Shown piece by piece: positions 12,576 to 20,581 of a stretch of 64,000 nucleotides of DNA. The DNA comes from an uncultured Candidatus Rokubacteria bacterium (lineage in GTDB: Bacteria > Methylomirabilota > Methylomirabilia > Rokubacteriales > DASRDR01). The position numbers and the translations under genes were made by a program. Under the pieces are notes generated by a model that was given only the letters and a program-made list of their open reading frames with translations, made no database searches and was not told where the DNA came from. Position 1 is the first letter of the stretch. Every line of letters begins with the position of its first letter. The stretch covers positions 768,001-832,000 of the forward strand of contig CAWDVE010000017.1 in assembly GCA_963805625.1 (NCBI GenBank). Reading direction: 5' to 3'.

Positions 12576-12689
12576 TATCCGAAGCAAGCCACCTCGGACC
12601 TTGCTAGGCTTGGTGCCTGGACAGGTGGCCCGTGAACCGACGCTGTCCGTGTACTCCACACTCCACAACCTGTAGAGGAGGACGCTGCG

Positions 12690-13100
12690 ATGCTTCGCTC
12701 TCTCGGTCCGGTGCTGGGACTGGTCGCCATGGTGATCTTTGTTTCAGGGACCTTCGCGGAGGCTGCAGACGTCAACGTCAAGCTGGGCCCCCTGAACAGC
12801 TCGGGTGAGTCGGGCACGGCGACCCTCTCGGACGTAACGGGAAACAAGACCAAGGTCGTGATTGCCGTGACCGGACAGCCCGCCAACGTCCCCCAGCCGG
12901 TGCACATTCACAAGGGGTCGTGCGCTCAGATGGATCCCGCGCCGGCGTACGGACTTACGACCCTGACTGACGGCAAGTCGGAGACAGTGATCGATCAGCC
13001 ACTCTCCACGCTGCAGAAGGAGCGGTTCGCCATCAACGGCCACAAGTCCGCTCAGGAAGCCAGCACGTACGTCTTCTGCGGCGACATCCCTGCCCAGTGA
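12690..13100 (+). CDS. Secreted hypothetical protein with HIH-x-G-x-C motif (Cu/Zn-SOD-like or CHRD-like fold possible)
   Basis: GAGGAGG RBS, signal peptide, NSSGESGTATL, QPVHIHKGSC, AINGHKS, VFCGDI. Confidence 0.65.
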   Translation: MLRSLGPVLGLVAMVIFVSGTFAEAADVNVKLGPLNSSGESGTATLSDVTGNKTKVVIAVTGQPANVPQPVHIHKGSCAQMDPAPAYGLTTLTDGKSETVIDQPLSTLQKERFAINGHKSAQEASTYVFCGDIPAQ

Positions 13101-13456
13101 GGCGAGAGCGTGCAGGCTGGCGACCGGGGGTGACGATCGGAGGGACGACGCTCCCACTGACCCCGCGGTGACGGCCCGCAAGCTCGCGTAGACGCACGGC
13201 CCGGGACGGCTCACGGACTCGCCCGACTCGCGGTAGAGCGGCGGTCACGAGCGTGGCCTCCCGGGCCGTCGACCTGTCTGGACTCGACCGCGCGGGCCCA
13301 GTGGGCGAGGCGACGAGGATGAGGATATCCTGGGCCTGTTGGCCCTGTACTTCGGCCGGTCTTCCGGGCCGAATCCGCAGACCTCCAGCTGACGGCCCGT
13401 AGAGGCGACGGTGCTCGACCGCCTTTTCGCCCGGGCCGAGCAAGGGAGGTGAGCTG

Positions 13457-13575
13457 TTTTGGAGAAGTTTCCGGATTCCCTCGGGACTTCCCAGTGCGGC
13501 CCGGTCATGATCCCGGCGGGGAAGAAATGGCGCCAGGCTCGACCCAAGCGAGGACGGCAGAAGGCTTCCGCACGC
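13457..13575 (+). promoter_or_regulatory. Conserved tandem-repeat promoter motif, copy 3
   Basis: TTTTGGAGAAGTTTCCGGATTCCCTCGGGACTTCC with CATGAT at 13506; about 120 bp alignable to copy 2. Confidence 0.7.
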
Positions 13576-13958
13576 GCGGGCGCTCCCTCAGGCCCCTGCC
13601 CAGCGGGAATCTCCCGGCGCCAGATCCCGATGTGTCGAAGGCTCCGCCCAACTACGCGCGCGTCATTGACGGAAAGCCAGTCTTCGAGACGGGGTCGATC
13701 ACGTGGGGTCCCAAGGTGATCGACCAGATTCTCAAAGCATATATGTAGGACCGGACTCCGAGACGGTGGTGAGAGGGTTGCCGGGCCGGCCTACAGTCGG
13801 CCCGCCCGGTGACCATCCCGGTCCACCCCACGCGGGGTGGTGGCGGGAAGACAAGTTGGCCACACGCGATCCCGACGCAGGGATGGCGGCGGCCCGTGGC
13901 GAACGGAGCGACGGGAGAGGCTGCATGTTGACCTCTGCCACATCATGGGAGGTGCCAC

Positions 13959-14432
13959 ATGACACTCATGGAAATGCTCGCGCCCACCGTGCAGCGCATC
14001 ACCACCGCCCTGCCGTCGCTCCTGATCGGGCTCGGCATCTTGGTGGCGGGGTATGTGATCGCCAAGATGGCGGCCGGGATTGTGAGTCGGGTCCTGAGCC
14101 GCACGCGGCTGGACACGCTGACGGCCGAGGGCATCGGCCTCACGAAGCCCGGCGGGCCGGACGCGGTGCGGGGGGTGGCGGCGCGGATCGCCTTCTGGCT
14201 CGTCATGCTCTTCGTGTGGATCGGCTTCTTCAATGAGGTAGGGCTCCCGCTGGTGGCCGAACCCCTGCGGGGGGTGGCGGACGCGATCGCCCGCGTCGCG
14301 CCCAGCGTGCTGCACGCCGGCTTGATTTTCGTGGCGGCCTGGATCCTCGAGTCTCGGGAGGCGGCCGGTCGCGCCGTCGCGCGGGCCCTCGGCGAGGGCG
14401 CGGGCTCGGGGTCGAGGCTGGGGAGCGCGTGA
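13959..14432 (+). pseudogene. Truncated CmpX/TM-helix mechanosensitive-channel-like membrane protein
   Basis: GGAGG RBS; LPSLLIGLGILVAGYVIAK...RTRLD...ARIAFWLVMLFVWIGFFNEVGL...PSVLHAGLIFVAAWIL, after which the pattern breaks off abruptly. Confidence 0.55.
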
Positions 14433-15706
14433 CCATGAACCCACTCGAGAGGCTGCCCGTGGCGGACAATCGCGGGACGATCCAACGGAATGGCGTCGTC
14501 TCAGGCGCGCTCGCGCCGAGAGGGGTCGCCGACCGGGCCGCGGCCGCCATCTCGTTCGCCGCGGCAACGCCTAAATCCTGTTGGCCGGAGGACCGGGTCA
14601 CCGCTCCTCACGCGGTGGGCGAGATCGTCGCGAGCACCCTCGCTCGCCGGGACGTCGAGCGCGCCCTCCGTTTGGCCTTGGAGGAAAACGGGCGTCTCCG
14701 CGAGCGCCTGGAAGCCGAAAACGTCTATCTCCACGCAGAGCTCGACGAGGCCCACGACATCCGTGAGATCGTCGGGCGGAGTCCAGCCCTCAGGGCGACT
14801 CTGGAGAAGGTCCGGCAGGTCGCCGACACGGACGCGCCCGTCTTCCTCCTCGGCGAGACCGGCACCGGCAAGGAACTGCTCGCCCGAGCGCTCCACGGGC
14901 ACGGTCCGCGGCGCGACCGGTCGTTCATCACGGTAAACTGCGCCGCCCTGCCCGCGGCGCTCATTGAAAGCGAGCTCTTCGGCTACGAGAAGGGCGCCTT
15001 CACCGGCGCGACGCAGGCCAAACCGGGACGTTTCGAGCTCGCCGACTCCGGGACACTTCTCCTCGACGAGATCGGCGACCTCGACCCCGCCCTTCAGGTA
15101 AAGCTCCTCCGCGCTCTCGAAGGTGGCGAGATCCAGCGGCTCGGCTCGACGGTGACGCGGAAGGTCGATGTCCGGATCATCGCGGCGACCAACCGTGACC
15201 TGCGCCGTGAAATACGGGAAGACCGGTTCCGCCCGGATCTCTACTACCGTCTGAGCGTGTTCCCGATCGAGGTGCCGCCTCTTCGGGAGCGCCGCGAGGA
15301 CATCCCCCTCCTCGTCTGGCATTTCATTCAATCGCGCCAGCGAGCGCTTGGCCGGACGATCACGAAGATTCCGAAGACCGCGATGGCGGCCCTCCTCGCC
15401 TACGACTGGCCCGGGAACGTCCGCGAGCTGCAGAACGTGGTCGAACGGGCCCTGATCCTTTCGCGCGGCTCGGTCCTCCGCGTCGACGAGGCGCTCGGAC
15501 CGGGGGCGACGTCCCCGGACGGAGCCGGCCGGCCCGCCCCCGGAGAGTCACTGCGGGACTTGGAGCGGGCCCACATCGCGCTGATTCTCGAGCGCTGTCG
15601 GTGGACGATCGAGGGTCGCGGACAGGCGGCCGAGCGCCTGGGGCTGAACCCGAGCACGCTGCGGAATCGCATGCGGAAGCTGGACATCAAGCGCCCCCCA
15701 GTCTAA
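14429..15706 (+). CDS. Second sigma-54 activator (AAA+ and HTH intact, GAF sensor missing); possible pseudogene
   Basis: Similarity to the first activator starts at VGEIVASTLARRD (about 14616); [24 protein letters not shown] and HTH are present. Confidence 0.75.
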   Translation: MTMNPLERLPVADNRGTIQRNGVVSGALAPRGVADRAAAAISFAAATPKSCWPEDRVTAPHAVGEIVASTLARRDVERALRLALEENGRLRERLEAENVYLHAELDEAHDIREIVGRSPALRATLEKVRQVADTDAPVFLLGETGTGKELLARALHGHGPRRDRSFITVNCAALPAALIESELFGYEKGAFTGATQAKPGRFELADSGTLLLDEIGDLDPALQVKLLRALEGGEIQRLGSTVTRKVDVRIIAATNRDLRREIREDRFRPDLYYRLSVFPIEVPPLRERREDIPLLVWHFIQSRQRALGRTITKIPKTAMAALLAYDWPGNVRELQNVVERALILSRGSVLRVDEALGPGATSPDGAGRPAPGESLRDLERAHIALILERCRWTIEGRGQAAERLGLNPSTLRNRMRKLDIKRPPV

Positions 15707-15829
15707 GAGCAGCTGGCGACCTTCGCCGACCCGATGTGCCGGCGCGCCGGCTAGCCGGCGCCGAGCCCCCTGCGCCGGCTTCGCAGCGCAACGAGCTGGC
15801 GTCCCTCTTGATCCTCAAGACGTGCTCTC

Positions 15830-18800
15830 ATGGGTCCCGGAGCATCGCTCACGGTGAATGAACCTCGCGGACCCCGGCGGCGCCCTTCGAGGCGTCGTCT
15901 CATCCGGTGGACTCTCGTCGGGCTCGCGGCACTCGTCCTGCTCCTCGGAGTGGGCGTCGCGACGGCGTGGATTCTCTTCCGGCTTCGCGGGCCCGAGCTG
16001 ATCCGCGCCGAGCTCGAGGGCGCGCTGGTCACGGCGCTCGGGCGCCCAGCCCGCGTCGACGCCGTGAGCTTCCGTCCCTGGCCGGTCGCCCTCCGAGTCT
16101 CCGGGGTCGCCGTCGCGAGTAGCGCCTCCTGGGAGCAGGGGACCCTCCTGAGACTCGACCACGGCGACGTCAGCGTCCGGATCGAGAGCCTCTGGCGTCG
16201 GCGGCTCGTGATCGGCGTGACCCTCACGGGGGTCGATGTGGCCGCCACCGCCGCGGGGGGCGGCGGACTGGCGATCCCGATCCTCCCCGACACCGTCGCC
16301 ATCGGCCCGGTGACGGTGCGGCTCGCCGTGGTGCAGATCCGGCAGGGCCATATCCTCTACCGGGATCCGGATGCGCCGTGGACGGTCGAGGTCAGTGGGC
16401 TCGACGCCGATGGGCGGCCGCAGCCGGACGCGCTGGCCCTTTCCGCGGCAGCCGAGAGCCTCCGCTTCGAGTCCCCCGCGGTGCGCGAGCGCGTCGAGCG
16501 GATCCGCGTCGAGGGCACGATCCGCGCGGGGGAGGTGACCGCCCGGAGCGTGCGGTTCCGGTGGGAGGGTCACGAGGCCGAGCTGTCCGGCCAGCTTCGA
16601 CCGGCCCCGGCGGGGCTCACGGTCGTCGGAACGGTTCGCGGGGAGGCCAGCCTGGTCCCGATCGCCAGCCACGCGGGGATGACTTGGCCGCTTATCGGCA
16701 TCGCCCGGTTCGACGCGACGCTCGAGGGACCGATCGCCGCCCCGCGGGTCGAAGGGCGCATCACCGTGCCCGAGCTCGTCGCGGGATCGTTTCGTGCGCG
16801 AGGCGTTCACCTCGAGGGAAGCTTCGGGGACGGGACGTTGCATCTTCGGGACATTCGCGGAGACCTTCCCGGCGGGCCCGTCCGGGGCGCCTTCACCCTG
16901 AGCCCCGGCGGGGGAGCCGGCACGCGACGGGCCCACCTGGCGCTGGACGGGCTCCGGCTCCCGGGGGTCCTCGCGTCCCTCGGCCCCGCGAACGTGCAGG
17001 CCGACGGCCGCCTCGAAGGGGGCGGGATCGAGCTCGGGCCGGTGACCGCGCGGTGGGCCGCTGCGCGGCTCGACGTCGGGGGCCGCGTGGAGCCGGGGGG
17101 CCGCCTGGGGCTCCGCGCGGACCTCGACGCCGACCTCGGACCGCTCGCGCGTGCCCTGGGCGCGACGGGCGTTGCGGGACCGGCGCGCGTGACCGCGGAG
17201 GCGGCGGGGACGTGGGATCGGCCGGTCGTCGCCGGGCAGGCCGACGTGGGCCCGCTCACCCTGACCACGCGGACGCTCGATCGCGCGGAGCTGCGCTACC
17301 GGCTGGCGAGCAGCGAAGGCTTCTCGCGGTGGACAGGGACGCTCGAGACGCCGCGCGTCGTCCTCCCCGGGGTGCCGATCGAGGGCCTCCGCGCGGCCGT
17401 CGTGCTCGACGCCGAGCGGGTCGAGGTCCAGCCCTTGACCGCCCGCGTGCGTGGCATCCCGCTGACGCTTCGAGGGACCTGGGACTGGGGGGGCGCCGGA
17501 CGGGCGGAGGGAGACCTCGGGCCGGTCGCGCTCGGCGGGTTGCCCGGACTTCCCGCCGGCGTCTCGCTAGAGGGGTCCGGTGAGGCGCGCTTCCGGGCCA
17601 GCACACAACGGGGGACGGCGTCCGCCACCGTGGCGCTCGGCCTCCGTGACGTCTGGCTCGGCGGCGTCCTCCTCGGGCCGGGCCGCCTGGACGTCGGTGT
17701 CACGGGCCGCGACCTGATGGCGGCGCTCGAGTTCCCCGCGATGAGGCTCTCGGCAACCGCCCAGGGGCGTCTCGAGGAAGGCCGGACCCTCACCGCGCGG
17801 GCCCGACTCGAGCGGGCCGACCTGGATCCTATCGTGGCCCAGGCGGCGCCCGCGGCACGCGGGCGAGTGCTCGGGAGCGTCTCGGCACGCGCGGAGGCCG
17901 AGGTTCCCCTCTGGCGGCCGGGAGAGATCCGGATGACGGCGTCGATCACCCCGGACGAGCTCGTTGTCGGGGGCGGACGCTGGACGACTCGCTCGCCGGC
18001 AGTCATCCGGTGGGACCGCGGGCGGCTCTCGCTGGATCAGTTCCGGGCGGAGGGCCCGCCGGGAACGATCACGGCGTCCGCCGTCATGGAAGCCGGCGGG
18101 AGCGACGCCCGCATCGCGCTGGGGCTGGAGCAGGCGCGACTGCCGCCACCGCTCGACCGGGTCCCCCCGGGCGACGTGCGGGGGGAGGCGCGGCTCACCA
18201 CGACCGGGCTGGAGGCCGTGTCAATCCGCGGCCGCTGGCCGGTGGGAACGCTGTCCCTGAACGGCCGCGGGCCGTTCGAAGGGCCGATCGCGCTCCGCAC
18301 TCGGCTCATGGCCGACGGGGCCGAGTTAGCGCGTGCCCTCGGCCAGGATCGCGTTGCCGGCCAGGTGATCGTCGCCGCCGACGTGAGCGGGTCGTGGCGG
18401 GAGCCTGTCGCCAGCGGGCGGCTCGAGGCGACCGCCCTCACGAGCGCGGAGGTCACGCTCACAGGGGTCACGGTCCCGTTCCGGCTCACGCCCTCCGCCA
18501 TCCGGATTGTCGACGCCAGCGCCGTCCTCGGGAAGGATCCACTCGCGCTCGAGGGCGAAGCGTCGTGGGCGACGGGAGGGTGGCGCGGACGGGGAACGCT
18601 GACGGCCCCGGTCCTGACGGTGGGAGGCTGGCCGATCGAGGCGCTCCACGCCGTCTTCCGGATGGACGCCGAGCGGATCGAGGCGACCGCCGTGTCCACC
18701 CGCGTTCGCGGCGTGGCCGTGCGGGGGACGGGGTCGTGGCAGTGGAGCGGAGGCGGTCGCCTGGAGACCCGGCTCGGACCGGTCGGGTTGGCGGAGCTCC

Positions 18801-20581
18801 AGGATGTCCCCCCGGTCCTCGGCCTGGCCGGCTCGGCGTCGGGGCGCCTCGAAGCCGTGTTCCGGACTCTCCAGGACGTCACCGCCTCGCTGGCGCTCCG
18901 GTTCGACGGGGTCCGCGCCGTGGGTGAGACGCTCGGAGCGGGGACGTTGGCAGCCGAGCTCCGCGGGCGCGCGGTCCACGCCGAGCTCGGCTTTCCCGAG
19001 CGTCGGCTCAGCGCGGCCGCCGAGGGACGTGCCGAGGCGGGCGCCACGATGAGGGTCCGCGCCGCGGTCGACGACCTGCCCCTCGGGGAGCTGGGGCGAC
19101 GGCTCGGCCTGGGGGAGCGAGTGACGGTCGACGGCTCGGTGTCGGCGCGGCTCCTGGCCGACGTCCCGCTGGACCGCCCGAGGGCGGGGCGAGGGACGCT
19201 CCGTCTCGACCCGCTCCGACTCGTGGTCGGGGGCGAGGCTCTCGCGAGCCGCGAGCCGATCGTCGCGAGCTTCGACGCGGGCGCGCTGCGTGTCGAGCGC
19301 CTGTTGCTCGAGGGGCGTGCGGGGACGATCACGGGACGCGGGGCGCTTCACGCGGGAGGCGCCCTCGATGCCGAGCTCCGGGGCCAGATCCCGCTGGGCG
19401 TGCTCGCGGCGCTCCGGCCCGAGGTGGAAGCGGCCAGCGGGATGCTGGACGCGAGCGTGACCGCGCGAGGCACGACCTCGGCGCCCGAGATCAGCGGCAC
19501 CGGAGCCCTCGACGGCGCGAGCGTCACGGTCCGCGGCTACGCGGAGCCCGTGCGCGAGATCCAGGCACGGCTCACCGCGTCCCCCGCCGGCCTCCGTCTG
19601 GTCGAGGCCCGGGGCGTCCTCGGTGGAGGGACTCTGACCGCGAGCGGCGAGGCGGCGCTGGTGGACGGGGGGCTCGGGGCCTATCGCGTGACTCTCAATG
19701 CTCGGCGTGTCGCCGCGACGCCGCTCGACGGCCTCTCGACCCTCTGGGACGGTGATTTGGAGCTGGCGGGCCGCGCCGCGCGCGCGCTGCTCCAAGGTGA
19801 GCTGCGCCTGGTCCGGGGGATCTACACGCGGGAGCTCGCCCCCGCCGCCGGCGGACCGCGCGGGTCGACGGCCGGGCCGCCGTCGGGAGGGGTCGCGCTC
19901 CCGTTGCGCATCACCGTCAAGCTCGACGACAACCTCGTGGTGCGAAACCGCACCGCCTCCCTGCGGATCGGCGGCACCCTCTCCGTCGAGGGCTCCACGG
20001 CGGCACCGGCCGTGCTCGGGGTGATCGAGACCCGGGAGGGCCGGGTGACGTTTCGGGATCGTCGCTTCACGATCCTCACGGCAACGGCCCGGTTCGTCGA
20101 TCCCCGGCGTGTTGACCCCTTCATCGATGCAGTCGCCACCGCGCGCATCCGCGAGTACGACGTGACCGCCCGGGTCAGCGGACGCACCGACGGGCTGGAC
20201 GTGCGCCTCTCTTCGACCCCTCCGCTCGCGCAGGAGGATCTCCTGGCCCTCGTCGCCTTCGGCGCCACGCGCGCCGAGCTCGAGCGGTCGCCCGCCGGCG
20301 TCCTTGCCGAAGAGGCGGCCCGGACCATCGCCCGCGACTTCCTGGGACTCGAAGGCCTGCCCGGACTGGGTGGCGGCGACGGCGACGAGCAGCGGCTCCA
20401 GGTGAGAACCCGGACGACGCCCGAGCGGACGAGCCCGGCCAGCGCCCCCGGGACGGATAACAGCGGACCGCAACGGGTTCGGGTGGAATACGAGCTCCTC
20501 GGCCCGCTGAGTCTGGTCGGCGAGCGAGGGACGAGCGGCGGCTACGCCGCCGGAGTGATCCTGCGGCTTCGATTCCGATGA
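15830..20581 (+). CDS. TamB/AsmA-family bridge-like protein with C-terminal DUF490-like region
   Basis: Single N-terminal TM helix, about 1550 aa of Gly-rich beta structure, C-terminal GRVTFRDRRF, DPFIDAVA, LSSTPPLAQEDLLALVAFG, RVEYEL...LRLRFR. Confidence 0.8.
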   Translation: MGPGASLTVNEPRGPRRRPSRRRLIRWTLVGLAALVLLLGVGVATAWILFRLRGPELIRAELEGALVTALGRPARVDAVSFRPWPVALRVSGVAVASSASWEQGTLLRLDHGDVSVRIESLWRRRLVIGVTLTGVDVAATAAGGGGLAIPILPDTVAIGPVTVRLAVVQIRQGHILYRDPDAPWTVEVSGLDADGRPQPDALALSAAAESLRFESPAVRERVERIRVEGTIRAGEVTARSVRFRWEGHEAELSGQLRPAPAGLTVVGTVRGEASLVPIASHAGMTWPLIGIARFDATLEGPIAAPRVEGRITVPELVAGSFRARGVHLEGSFGDGTLHLRDIRGDLPGGPVRGAFTLSPGGGAGTRRAHLALDGLRLPGVLASLGPANVQADGRLEGGGIELGPVTARWAAARLDVGGRVEPGGRLGLRADLDADLGPLARALGATGVAGPARVTAEAAGTWDRPVVAGQADVGPLTLTTRTLDRAELRYRLASSEGFSRWTGTLETPRVVLPGVPIEGLRAAVVLDAERVEVQPLTARVRGIPLTLRGTWDWGGAGRAEGDLGPVALGGLPGLPAGVSLEGSGEARFRASTQRGTASATVALGLRDVWLGGVLLGPGRLDVGVTGRDLMAALEFPAMRLSATAQGRLEEGRTLTARARLERADLDPIVAQAAPAARGRVLGSVSARAEAEVPLWRPGEIRMTASITPDELVVGGGRWTTRSPAVIRWDRGRLSLDQFRAEGPPGTITASAVMEAGGSDARIALGLEQARLPPPLDRVPPGDVRGEARLTTTGLEAVSIRGRWPVGTLSLNGRGPFEGPIALRTRLMADGAELARALGQDRVAGQVIVAADVSGSWREPVASGRLEATALTSAEVTLTGVTVPFRLTPSAIRIVDASAVLGKDPLALEGEASWATGGWRGRGTLTAPVLTVGGWPIEALHAVFRMDAERIEATAVSTRVRGVAVRGTGSWQWSGGGRLETRLGPVGLAELQDVPPVLGLAGSASGRLEAVFRTLQDVTASLALRFDGVRAVGETLGAGTLAAELRGRAVHAELGFPERRLSAAAEGRAEAGATMRVRAAVDDLPLGELGRRLGLGERVTVDGSVSARLLADVPLDRPRAGRGTLRLDPLRLVVGGEALASREPIVASFDAGALRVERLLLEGRAGTITGRGALHAGGALDAELRGQIPLGVLAALRPEVEAASGMLDASVTARGTTSAPEISGTGALDGASVTVRGYAEPVREIQARLTASPAGLRLVEARGVLGGGTLTASGEAALVDGGLGAYRVTLNARRVAATPLDGLSTLWDGDLELAGRAARALLQGELRLVRGIYTRELAPAAGGPRGSTAGPPSGGVALPLRITVKLDDNLVVRNRTASLRIGGTLSVEGSTAAPAVLGVIETREGRVTFRDRRFTILTATARFVDPRRVDPFIDAVATARIREYDVTARVSGRTDGLDVRLSSTPPLAQEDLLALVAFGATRAELERSPAGVLAEEAARTIARDFLGLEGLPGLGGGDGDEQRLQVRTRTTPERTSPASAPGTDNSGPQRVRVEYELLGPLSLVGERGTSGGYAAGVILRLRFR

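Noticed and set aside
8288-13491. The 35-bp repeats as a CRISPR array
   Set aside because: Copies are 2-3 kb apart and imperfect, and no cas genes are present.
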